Assembly (NCBI GenBank): GCA_963826115.1 | Contig: CAWGVS010000005.1 | Coordinates: forward strand, 992,001-1,056,000 | Origin: an uncultured Candidatus Rokubacteria bacterium | GTDB taxonomy: Bacteria; Methylomirabilota; Methylomirabilia; Rokubacteriales; DASRDR01 | Length of the DNA stretch: 64,000 nt | Direction: 5' to 3' | In this document: positions 1-8,336 of the stretch, piece after piece | Layout: each line of letters opens with the position of its first letter | How positions within the stretch are numbered: position 1 is the first letter of the stretch | Program-made: the position numbers and the translations under genes | The notes under the pieces: model-generated | Database searches by the model: none | The model's input: the letters and a program-made list of their open reading frames with translations, nothing else | Told to the model about the DNA's origin: nothing

Positions 1-302
1 TTGAGGCCCGCCGCGGTGCCGAGCGCCGCCGACCCCGACGAGCCGAGCTGCGTGTGCATCCACGGCACCACCCACGGGGTGGTGTAGTACGTCGTGTTCG
101 CGACGTACATGCATCCGGTGGAGCCCAGCACGATGGTGCGAGGCCCCGAGGCCTTCACCATCAGCTTCATCACCAGGGCCGATTCGCAGCCCTGGCAGGT
201 CCGGTGACCCGAGGTGAAGTACTCCTCGATGGCGACCTTCTTGACGCCCTTGAAGGGCAGGAGGACCTGCGTGTCGTTGGTGAACGTCGTGGCGTCAGCC
301 AT
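1..302 (-). CDS. 2-oxoacid:ferredoxin oxidoreductase beta (TPP-binding) subunit, oxalate oxidoreductase-like; 3' end runs off the window
   Basis: Not in the ORF track. Manual translation from ATG at 302: MADATTFTNDTQVLLPFKGVKKVAIEEYFTSGHRTCQGCESALVMKLMVKASGPRTIVLGSTGCMYVANTTYYTTPWVVPWMHTQ. The GHRTCxGC and TGCMYVAN motifs match OorB/PorB; directly downstream of the alpha subunit. Confidence 0.9.
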   Translation of the reverse strand, partial: MADATTFTNDTQVLLPFKGVKKVAIEEYFTSGHRTCQGCESALVMKLMVKASGPRTIVLGSTGCMYVANTTYYTTPWVVPWMHTQLGSSGSAALGTAAGL

Positions 303-316
303 GGTCTCCCTCTCCC

Positions 317-1552
317 CTACTCGCGAACGCCCAGCCAGTAGGTCGCCCGCTCCGCGCGGCCCTTGCCGGCCGCAGCGTAGCAGATGTCCACCGCCTTGTT
401 CACGTCTTCGAGCGTGACCTCGCGCCCGCCCAGCCCGCAGATGAACCCGATCAGCGGCGGCCGGTGCTCCGCGTTGTAGAGCGCGGCGCGCACCTCGTTC
501 GCGACGACGCCCGAGCCGAAAGGCGACCCGAACGAGTAGTCGCGGTCGATCACCCCGATTGCCTTCGCGGGCCCGAGCGCCCGCGCCAGTTGCTCGTACG
601 GGAACGGCCGGAACCAGCGGAGACGGATGAGGCCGACCTTCTTCCCCTGCTTCCGCAGGCTGCGGATCGCGACCTTCACCGGCAGGGACAGCGTCCCCAT
701 CCCCATGAGGATGATGTCGGCATCCTCGGTCATGTACTCCTCGAACCAGGGATTCTCGGGGCCCCGGCCGAAGACCCGGCGGAAGTCGGCGTACGCCTCC
801 TCGATCACGCCGTAGGCGCGCTTGATCGCCTCGTCGTTCTGGCGCCGGATCTCGATGACCCAGTCCTCGTTGACCTGCGGGGCCACCGTGATCGGGTTGT
901 CCGGGTGAAGCAGGAGGTCTCCCCGGTTGTACGGCGGGAGGAACTGCTTGACGCGCTCCTGGGTCGGGACCCGGGTGATGGTCTGGGAGTGGGTCAGGAA
1001 CGCCCCGTCGGCGGAAATCGCGATCGGCAGGAACACTCGCCGATCCTCCGCCACGCGGTAGGCGATGAGCGTCGTGTCGATCGCCTCCTGCGCGGTGTCG
1101 ATCCAGACGAGAAGCCACCCCAGGTCACGCACCGACAGCGCGTCGTTGTGCTCGACGCCGAACGCGCCGGGATCGTCCAGGGCCCGGTTTCCCACCAGCG
1201 CCACCATCGGCACGCGGAGCGCGGGCGTGACCGTGATCGCCTCCATGGCGTACATCCAGCCCACGCCGGAGGACCCGCAGAACACGCGCGCGCCCACGGT
1301 CGACGCGTGCTTCACGATCTCGAACTGGCTGTGCTCGCCCTCGGCCACGATGTACTCGGCCACGAGCTTGCCGTTGGCGATCTTCTTGGCGATCGCCTGC
1401 ATCACGGTGTCGTAGGGACGGATCGGATACGCCGTGACGACGTCGATGTCGGCCAGCGTCAGGCCTTCGGCGACGGCCTCGCTGCCCGAGATGAGCATCT
1501 CGGTTTCGTCGTGGACCGCCGCACCCCCGGCGGGCTTGGTCGCGACTGCCAT
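317..1552 (-). CDS. 2-oxoacid:ferredoxin oxidoreductase alpha subunit, oxalate oxidoreductase (OorA)-like
   Basis: YPIRP, EGEH, GSSGVG, RALDDPGAFGVEH, FRPFP and GLGGRE motifs; GGAGGAGG RBS upstream; start at 1552 or 1558. Confidence 0.92.
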   Translation of the reverse strand: MAVATKPAGGAAVHDETEMLISGSEAVAEGLTLADIDVVTAYPIRPYDTVMQAIAKKIANGKLVAEYIVAEGEHSQFEIVKHASTVGARVFCGSSGVGWMYAMEAITVTPALRVPMVALVGNRALDDPGAFGVEHNDALSVRDLGWLLVWIDTAQEAIDTTLIAYRVAEDRRVFLPIAISADGAFLTHSQTITRVPTQERVKQFLPPYNRGDLLLHPDNPITVAPQVNEDWVIEIRRQNDEAIKRAYGVIEEAYADFRRVFGRGPENPWFEEYMTEDADIILMGMGTLSLPVKVAIRSLRKQGKKVGLIRLRWFRPFPYEQLARALGPAKAIGVIDRDYSFGSPFGSGVVANEVRAALYNAEHRPPLIGFICGLGGREVTLEDVNKAVDICYAAAGKGRAERATYWLGVRE

Positions 1553-1587
1553 GGACATCCTCCTCCGTCTGTTGGCGTTCGCCGGGG

Positions 1588-2865
1588 TCAGGCGCCCGGT
1601 GCTTCGGGCACGCCGGTCACGATCGACGCGGTGTCGTGCATGTGGCGCCGGGGCTCGACGCCCTTCGCCTTCGCGTTCTCACCGGGGATTCCCTCGATCA
1701 CCGGAGTGCCGCCCATCTCCAGCGGACCCTGGGACAGCTCCTCCTCGTACTGGCCGCGATACCGGAACCCGTGCGAGCGCACGGTGGTGACCTTGTCCTT
1801 GATCTTGTCGGCGGCCCAGACGCGGTACGAGTCCTTGTCCTGGCGCCACATCTCCCACTGGCTCTGGTTGTCGTCGAAGGCGGCCTCGTTCACCATCGTG
1901 ATGCAGTCCTTCACCGGGCACACCGCCTCGCACACTCCGCAGCCGCAGCACGCCTCCATGTTCGCGTCGTACAGCCCGTCCGGCGTCACGTCGAAGACGC
2001 TGTCCGGGCACTGGATCCAGCAGAGCGTGCACTTGACGCAGGTGTCGAAGTTCACGACCGGCCGCATCGTGCGCGTCGTGAACTTCTTGAAGTACGGGTT
2101 CCGCTCGGGCCGGTACCCCTTCCCGCCCTCGACCGGCTTGCCGACGGGGATCGCCGGGATCGTCAGGCCCTCCCGCATCTCCCACCACTTCGGCATCTCG
2201 AAGGAGAACGGCACCTCGTCGTTGCCCTCGGTGCTCTGGATCCGCCGGCCCTCGGCGCGCTCGTACGCTTTCCGCGCGGACTCGGCCTTCAGCTCCGAGC
2301 CCCACTCCGCCTCTCGGACGGCGGCGCAGACGGCATCGATGTCGAGGAACTCCGACGCGATCTTGGCCAGCGCCCCGAGGACCCGCGCCTCGGTGTGATC
2401 CTCCTTGAACACCCACAGCCCCGAGAACGACGCCTTCCCGGGCAGGATCCACAGGTGGTAGGGCGCGTCCTTCTTGTGGATGTCCCGCAGGAGCTCGCTC
2501 GGCGCTCGCGTCGACGTCACCATCAGGTGTCCACTCGGGAGCAGCAGGCGGTTGATCGGCTGGAGGCCGTACCACGCCCACGACTCCACGCCCTTGCAGA
2601 GCGTGTCGTCGACGCAGATGGTGACGTGGAGCTCCTTGGGCTCGTAGCGGGCCATGTGCTGCTCGAGCTCCTCCTTGGTGTCCGCCACGATCGCGAAGTC
2701 CTTGGCCGGGATGCCGTTCCGCTGCGGGCTGTCGCCGTAGCGCCCGAACGCGATGCCCCACCGCCCCGCCTTGCGGGAGGAGAGCACGATCCCGCGGGTG
2801 ATCCGCGCCGCCAGATTCTTCTGGAAGATGCCCCGGTAGACCACCTCGACGGTGAGATGCGCCAT
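1588..2865 (-). CDS. 2-oxoacid:ferredoxin oxidoreductase fused gamma-delta subunit with 2x[4Fe-4S] ferredoxin domain (OorD-like)
   Basis: N-terminal gamma-like domain (YGDSPQRNG) plus CVKCTLCWIQCP and CCGCGVCEAVCP motifs; AGGAGG RBS before ATG 2865. Confidence 0.88.
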   Translation of the reverse strand: MAHLTVEVVYRGIFQKNLAARITRGIVLSSRKAGRWGIAFGRYGDSPQRNGIPAKDFAIVADTKEELEQHMARYEPKELHVTICVDDTLCKGVESWAWYGLQPINRLLLPSGHLMVTSTRAPSELLRDIHKKDAPYHLWILPGKASFSGLWVFKEDHTEARVLGALAKIASEFLDIDAVCAAVREAEWGSELKAESARKAYERAEGRRIQSTEGNDEVPFSFEMPKWWEMREGLTIPAIPVGKPVEGGKGYRPERNPYFKKFTTRTMRPVVNFDTCVKCTLCWIQCPDSVFDVTPDGLYDANMEACCGCGVCEAVCPVKDCITMVNEAAFDDNQSQWEMWRQDKDSYRVWAADKIKDKVTTVRSHGFRYRGQYEEELSQGPLEMGGTPVIEGIPGENAKAKGVEPRRHMHDTASIVTGVPEAPGA

Positions 2866-3034
2866 GCACGGCCTCCTGCCGGCCCCGGGCAAGCCGGGGC
2901 GTGGTTGCGGTATGGTGGTCTGACCTCTCAACCGACGCTACCGGGTAAGCGCCACCCCTGTCAACAGGCTTCGCCCGCCGACGGGACCCGGGAGTCCCGT
3001 GGCGGGCGCGCGGCTCCGCCGTCGGGCCGGCGGC

Positions 3035-3436
3035 CTAGCCCATCCCGCTCGCGCGCTCGGGCTGGATCTTGTAGATGACCCGCACCTCTCCGGCCCGGCG
3101 ATAGGGATAGCGGTCCTGGCCGAGGTACTTCTTGGCGAGGCTGTCGATGTGGGCGTCGCCCCCCTGCTCGGTGATCTCGACCACGCGGCCGAGGACGCCC
3201 AGGTAGCGGTAGGCGTTGGCCGGGTCGACGATCGACAGCGAGACGGCCGCGTTCCGCCGCATGTTGCGGTCCTTCACCCGCCCCTTCGCCGAGTTCACGC
3301 GGAAGAACTTCCCGTCGTAGTCGAACCAGACCGGAGTGACCTGGGGTCCCCCGTTCGGCATCACCGTTCCCAGGTGCGCCAGCACCTTCTGGTCGGTGGT
3401 CAGCAGGTCTCCGTACTTCTTCAGCGTGTCGTTCAT
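3035..3436 (-). CDS. PPOX-class (pyridoxamine 5'-phosphate oxidase-like) putative F420/FMN-dependent oxidoreductase
   Basis: LGTVMPNGGPQVTPVWF, KDRNMRRNAAVSL and LAKKYLG motifs; GGGAGG RBS. Confidence 0.85.
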   Translation of the reverse strand: MNDTLKKYGDLLTTDQKVLAHLGTVMPNGGPQVTPVWFDYDGKFFRVNSAKGRVKDRNMRRNAAVSLSIVDPANAYRYLGVLGRVVEITEQGGDAHIDSLAKKYLGQDRYPYRRAGEVRVIYKIQPERASGMG

Positions 3437-3469
3437 CTCGCTCCTCCCGATTCGGGCAGATTCGTCGCC

Positions 3470-4687
3470 TCAGGCCCCGGCCGCCCGGAGGGCCAGGTCC
3501 AGGGACGCCTTCAGGTCCTCCACCGCTTCGATCCCCACGGACAGTCGCACGAGCCCGGGACCGATGCCAAGCTTCGCGCGCTCGTCGTCGGACAGCGGTC
3601 GATGTGACGTCCTCGCCGGGTACGTCCAAGTCGTCGCGACGTCGCCGAAGCTCGGCGCGAACGCGATGAGCGGCTCGCCCTCCGGCGACCCCGCCTCGCG
3701 GGCCAGCACGCGGAACAGCCGCTCCACGGCCGCCGTGCCCCCGGCGAGCTCGAAGGACAGCATGCCACCGAAGCCGTCCGGGAGCAGCGTCCGGGCGAGC
3801 GCGTGCTGCGGATGTTGGGGCAAGCCCGGATAGTGGACGCGCGCCACCTCGGCGCGCCCGGCGAGGAACTCGGCCAGCGCGAGCGCGTTGGCCGAGTGAC
3901 GCTCCATGCGGAGCGCGAGCGTCCGCGCGCCGCGGAGCGTGAGCCAGGCGTCGAACGGCCCGAGGTTGAGACCGACCCGCACCGCCTGCGCCCGCGCGGC
4001 CTCGACGAGGGTCCGGGAGCCGACCAGCACTCCCGCCGTGACGTCGCCGTGGCCGGACAGGTACTTGGTCGCGCTGTGGTGCACCGCCGTGGCGCCGTGC
4101 TCGAGGGGGCGCAGGAGCGCGGGGGACGCGAACGTGCTGTCCACGAGGAGCGTCAGGTTCCGGTGGCGCGCGAGCGCCGCCAGCCGGGGCAGGTCCGCCA
4201 GACGCAGGAGCGGGTTGGACACCGCCTCGACCACGATGGCCCGCGTGGCCGCCGTCAGCGCCGCCTCCACCGAGGCCGGCTCCGTGGCGTCCGCGAAGGT
4301 CACGCCGATCCCCCACCGCGCCGCCTGCTCCCGGAGGAGCGCGGTGGTCGCGCCGTAGAGGTCCTGACCGGCGACGAGGTGGTCACCCGGCCGCAGGCCG
4401 CCGAGCAGGAACGCGCTCAGCGCGCCCATGCCCGACGCCACCACGAGCCCCGCCTCGCCCCCTTCGAGGGACGCGAGCGTGTTCTCGAGCATCGTGTGGT
4501 TCGGGGTCCCGAACCGGCCGTAGACGTACCCCGCTTCCCGCCCTTCCCAGACGGCGTCGACCTGCGCCATGTCGTCGAACACGTAGACGTTGGCCAGGTG
4601 GACGCTGGGGACCAGTGGCGTCGAGGCCGAACGGGGAGACGGCGCGGCCCGCGCGACCCGTGTCGCGAACCTGAGCGGCGCGCTCAC
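3470..4687 (-). CDS. Cys/Met metabolism PLP-dependent enzyme (cystathionine gamma-synthase/methionine gamma-lyase family)
   Basis: YGRFGTP, SGMGA, VDSTFASP, HSATKYLSGH (PLP lysine) and LVRLSVGIE; GTG start chosen at 4687. Confidence 0.9.
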   Translation of the reverse strand: MSAPLRFATRVARAAPSPRSASTPLVPSVHLANVYVFDDMAQVDAVWEGREAGYVYGRFGTPNHTMLENTLASLEGGEAGLVVASGMGALSAFLLGGLRPGDHLVAGQDLYGATTALLREQAARWGIGVTFADATEPASVEAALTAATRAIVVEAVSNPLLRLADLPRLAALARHRNLTLLVDSTFASPALLRPLEHGATAVHHSATKYLSGHGDVTAGVLVGSRTLVEAARAQAVRVGLNLGPFDAWLTLRGARTLALRMERHSANALALAEFLAGRAEVARVHYPGLPQHPQHALARTLLPDGFGGMLSFELAGGTAAVERLFRVLAREAGSPEGEPLIAFAPSFGDVATTWTYPARTSHRPLSDDERAKLGIGPGLVRLSVGIEAVEDLKASLDLALRAAGA

Positions 4688-4751
4688 CGGGGCTCCCGTA
4701 CGAACGCGGTGCCTGCGCTCCGTCCTTCGAGGGCAGTTCTTTCTGAGCGAC

Positions 4752-4761
4752 GTTGCGCAAC
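4752..4761. promoter_or_regulatory. Palindrome GTTGCGCAAC in an AT-richer divergent promoter region; possible operator
   Basis: Perfect 10-bp palindrome in the roughly 310-bp gap between divergent genes. Confidence 0.3.
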
Positions 4762-5000
4762 ATTGCATTTAGATCGACACAACGGATACTTGGAACATGT
4801 CACCGGAGAGTCCTCCTCAGTGCGTGACGCTCATCGCGCGACACTGTGTGTTCTCGAGCGCTTCCAAGCGCCCGAGCGCTGAAAAACTTGGGCCCCTCCG
4901 GGCCCTGGCGTAAAGTGGGCGAGCTTTGGGGACCGGCCCTCCGCTGGGGGCCGCGGTCGCCGACGCGAGCGGTTCCTCGACGGACGGGATCAGAGGGTCG

Positions 5001-5708
5001 ATGAGCACGATCGCTGCGATTCTTTTCGACATGGACGGGGTCCTCATGGACTCCGAGCCCCTCCACCTCCGAGCCACCCAGTTCGCGCTCGGCGTCCGGG
5101 CCCAATCCTACACGGAGCGGGACAGCCAGGCCTTCTTCGGCTCGACCGACGGCGAGACGTTGCGGATCCTCCGGATCCTCTTCGACGTCGACGCGCCGAC
5201 CGACGAGCTGGTCCGCCGGAAGCGCGAGCGGCTGATCTCGCTCGTGAGGGCCGAGGGCCAGGGTCTCCCCGGCGTGCCCGAGATCCTGCTCCGCTTCCGG
5301 GCGGCCGGCGTCCGCCTGGGCCTCGTGTCCGCCTCCGCCCGGCCGGAGATCGAGGCTATCCTGGAGACCGTGGGCCTCAAGGGCGCGTTCGAGACCATCG
5401 TCTCCGGCGACGAGGTGGCGCGAGGGAAGCCGTCGCCCGACGGCTACCTGATGGCGGCCCGCCGCTTGGGGCTCGAGCCGGAGTGCTGCTTCGTGGTCGA
5501 GGACACCCGCAGCGGCGTCCTGGCCGGCAAGGCCGCCGGCATGACCGTCGCGGCGGTGCCGGGCCCAGTGAGCATCCAGGAGGACTTCTCCCCCGCCGAT
5601 CTCGTCCTGCCGAGTCTCGAGGCGCTCCCCAAGGTGCTGCCGCTGAACGGCAACGGGAACGGAAATGGGCACGATTCTGACGCATTCACACGGGAGCGAC
5701 CAGCATGA
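5001..5708 (+). CDS. HAD-superfamily hydrolase (beta-phosphoglucomutase/CbbY-like)
   Basis: FDMDGVLMDSE motif I, GKPSPD and VVEDT motifs; NGNGNGNG low-complexity tail. Confidence 0.9.
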   Translation: MSTIAAILFDMDGVLMDSEPLHLRATQFALGVRAQSYTERDSQAFFGSTDGETLRILRILFDVDAPTDELVRRKRERLISLVRAEGQGLPGVPEILLRFRAAGVRLGLVSASARPEIEAILETVGLKGAFETIVSGDEVARGKPSPDGYLMAARRLGLEPECCFVVEDTRSGVLAGKAAGMTVAAVPGPVSIQEDFSPADLVLPSLEALPKVLPLNGNGNGNGHDSDAFTRERPA

Positions 5709-5751
5709 CCCACCTGAGCATTCGCGCCGCTCGACTCGCGAGGGCCGCCCG

Positions 5752-5940
5752 GTGAGCCTGGGCGAGCCGAACGTCAAGCGCGCGCTCGACTGGATACTCG
5801 ACCAGCTCACCGACGACCCGGACGCCAAGCGCGGCCCGCTCATCGACGAGGCGTCCCGCCAGTTCGACCTCACGCCGCTCGAGGCGGACTTCCTCTACCG
5901 GCAGCTGAACGACGTGCTGAAGCAGAAGAAGCCGGGCTAG
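5752..5940 (+). CDS. Small conserved helical hypothetical protein
   Basis: GEPNVKRALDWI...LIDEASRQFDLTPLEADFL; strongly coding-like codon usage; GTG start. Confidence 0.7.
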   Translation: MSLGEPNVKRALDWILDQLTDDPDAKRGPLIDEASRQFDLTPLEADFLYRQLNDVLKQKKPG

Positions 5941-6005
5941 TCGCCCGCGTCGCGACCCCGCCGCCCGCCGAAGGCGCGGCGGGCCTTCACATCTCCGGTG
6001 GCCCG

Positions 6006-6200
6006 TTACGGGGCCCGGTAGCGCTCCTTGAGCTCGCGAGGCGCGATGGCGATACGCTTGCCGGAGACGTCGTCGAGGACGTAAACCTCGTCCGTCAGGG
6101 AGCCGCTCGCGAAGACCTCGAAGACTTCGAGGACGGTCTCGAGTGTCCCGCCCGGTCGTTCCGCCATCATCGCCTCCACGTCGGACACCGCGAGCCGCAT
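6006..6200 (-). CDS. Small hypothetical protein (64 aa)
   Basis: GAGGGGA RBS, normal amino-acid composition, last gene of the Smr operon. Confidence 0.7.
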   Translation of the reverse strand: MRLAVSDVEAMMAERPGGTLETVLEVFEVFASGSLTDEVYVLDDVSGKRIAIAPRELKERYRAP

Positions 6201-6213
6201 CGATCGTCCCCTC

Positions 6214-7641
6214 TCACTGAGCCGCGGCAGGCGCCGGACGCCGCCGGTGGATCAACACGAGCGTGAGCGCCGCCAGCCCGGCCACCACGATGACGGTACC
6301 CGCATTCGGCCGGAAGAGGTAGCCGCGCGCCCAGGCGAAGGCCGCGTTCCGCAAGACGAGGCTCCGCGGCACCAGCTCGAGATCGAGCCGCCCTCCCGGC
6401 TCGCCGGCCGGCTCCCACGCGTCCCCTTCCCCGTCGGTGACGATGGTCCCGGGCCGACCGACGAAGTAGAGCCCGTATCGCGGCACCACCACCCGCGTGA
6501 GCCGCGCGGCCGGCAAGGGCACGAAGAGCGGGATCTCGACACCGGCCCGGCCGTCGAGCGCGGCGACGACGAGGGCATCGTCCCCGTGCCCCGGCGGATC
6601 GATCCCGAGCCGCTCGAACGCGAGCTGACGGAGGGGCGCGCGCACCGGACGGGTCGTTGCGGGCTCCGACCAGGCGAGGCTCACCGTGACACCGCGCGGC
6701 GCGGGCTCGAGCTCGAGCCAGCCCCCGGGAGGGACCGGCCGCTCCGCCTCGCCGCCGGGTGCGTAGGCGATCGCGAGGGGGATGCCGGACGGCGCCGCGC
6801 TCCGGAACGCGCGCATCTCGACGCGGAGGAGGCGCACCGCCGGCACTCCGGCAACCGCGTAGCGGGTCTCCCAGCGCGTCTCCTTCCGGTCCTCGTCGTG
6901 CCGGACCGCGGCGATCGTCGTCACGGTCGGGACGCCGCCGCCCAGGACGCGGACCAGCGCCTCGACCGCCGCGCCGGCTGCCGCCAGGTCCTCGCGCACG
7001 GGACGTAGCGACACGTGGGCCATGGCCGCGGGATCGATGGCCCGGAGGATCGCAGTCGCCTCGCTGCCGTCCCGCGCGCTCTCGAGCCGGTGATCGAGGT
7101 CGCCAAGGTAGGTCGCGATCGCCGCGCGCCGCGCCTCGAGGTCCCGGAACTCGGTCGCCGACAGCGTGCGCGCGAGCCGACGCGCCGCCGCCTCGACGCC
7201 GACGGCCTCGCGCGGCGCCGACGCGCGCAGCGGGTCCATCCGCCGGCTGAGGGCTATCACGGCGCCCGCCCGCTGCTCGATCTCCGGGCCGGTGAGACGG
7301 AGCTCCTCCCGGCGGAGCCCGGCCAGTCGCTCGCGCGCGGCCGCGACCCCGGGATCACGCGTCCCGATGGGATCCGGCGCCGCCGCGCGTGGCGCGGCCC
7401 ACGCCGGGATCCAACCCGTCTCGTAGGAGATCGGCGCCGGCGGCGCGAGCCAACCCTGCTGGCCGCCCCACACGGCGAGCGTCGCCGCGGCGAGCAGGAC
7501 GAGGATCGGCGCGAGGCTGAGCCGCCGTCGAAGCAGGAGCACGCCCACGAGCGCCAGCACCCACAGGGCCCCGAGCGCGAGGTCCAGCGCGCTCGCCATC
7601 AGGACGACGGCGAGGAGCGCCGCGACCGCGAAGGTCCTCAC
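6214..7641 (-). CDS. Hypothetical membrane protein (N-terminal TM helices, large soluble domain, C-terminal TM helix)
   Basis: GTG overlaps the upstream stop (GTGA); hydrophobic N-terminus and C-terminal TVIVVAGLAALTLVLI segment. Confidence 0.7.
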   Translation of the reverse strand: MRTFAVAALLAVVLMASALDLALGALWVLALVGVLLLRRRLSLAPILVLLAAATLAVWGGQQGWLAPPAPISYETGWIPAWAAPRAAAPDPIGTRDPGVAAARERLAGLRREELRLTGPEIEQRAGAVIALSRRMDPLRASAPREAVGVEAAARRLARTLSATEFRDLEARRAAIATYLGDLDHRLESARDGSEATAILRAIDPAAMAHVSLRPVREDLAAAGAAVEALVRVLGGGVPTVTTIAAVRHDEDRKETRWETRYAVAGVPAVRLLRVEMRAFRSAAPSGIPLAIAYAPGGEAERPVPPGGWLELEPAPRGVTVSLAWSEPATTRPVRAPLRQLAFERLGIDPPGHGDDALVVAALDGRAGVEIPLFVPLPAARLTRVVVPRYGLYFVGRPGTIVTDGEGDAWEPAGEPGGRLDLELVPRSLVLRNAAFAWARGYLFRPNAGTVIVVAGLAALTLVLIHRRRPAPAAAQ

Positions 7642-8249
7642 GCCGGGGACGCGGGCTCGGGGCGGCGGAGCCGGACGACGGTCGCTCCCCAGCCCCCGCG
7701 CGTGGGCGACGCGTCGGCGAAGCGAGTCACGTCCGGTGTCTCCGCGAGCACGCGCCGGACGATCGCCCTCTGGACTCCGCGGCCCCGCCCGTGCACGATG
7801 CGCACTTCGTCCAGGCCGGCCTGCCTCGCCTCGTGGAGGTACTCGGCCAGGACCGCCGCCGTCTCCTCGGGCCGGAAGCTGTGCAGATCGAGCACGTCCG
7901 CGAGCGGGACGGCGACCGCCTCCAGGCGCACCGGATCGCCCGGCCGCACGATGCCAGGCTCGAGGATCTCCGCGGGGACAGGATCGCCGGGGCCGTCCTC
8001 GAGCAGCCCGCCAGCCTGGACGCGGGTCGCGCCAGCACCCGGGCCTTCGTGGAGCACCAGCCGCGCGATCGCCGTGGCGCCGAGGCGAAGGCGCGCGCCG
8101 TCGGGCAGGTCGCCGATCGGGCACCCGTCGATCACGACGACGAGGGTCAGCGGGCCACGCTCGAGCACCCGCGACGCGAACCCGGCCCCGCCCACGCTCG
8201 GCTCGCGAACGTCCACGACTCGGCCGTCCGGCGAGCCCGAATCGTCCAT
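7638..8249 (-). CDS. Smr-domain protein with degenerate MOSC-like N-terminal beta-barrel
   Basis: C-terminus DVLDLHSF...VRIVHGRGRG...GGWGATVV is an Smr domain; N-terminus GARLRLG...AEILEPGIVRPGDPV resembles MOSC. Confidence 0.8.
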   Translation of the reverse strand: MDDSGSPDGRVVDVREPSVGGAGFASRVLERGPLTLVVVIDGCPIGDLPDGARLRLGATAIARLVLHEGPGAGATRVQAGGLLEDGPGDPVPAEILEPGIVRPGDPVRLEAVAVPLADVLDLHSFRPEETAAVLAEYLHEARQAGLDEVRIVHGRGRGVQRAIVRRVLAETPDVTRFADASPTRGGWGATVVRLRRPEPASPA

Positions 8250-8336
8250 TGCGGTCCTACTATACCGTCCGGCCCGCGGCGCCACGGTCTTCGCGTCGAG
8301 CGCGGTTCCGCGAGAGCGATGGTCTAGAATGACGCC

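Noticed and set aside
4688-4900. SAM/SAH riboswitch upstream of the Met/Cys enzyme
   Set aside because: No recognisable consensus elements by eye; needs an Rfam scan.
4905-4921. Sigma54-like TGGCG-N-GC site before the HAD gene
   Set aside because: The spacing fits but the -12 region lacks TTGC/CTGC; likely chance.
5646-5672. NGNGNGNGH repeat at the HAD C-terminus
   Set aside because: Short low-complexity tail with no evidence of function.
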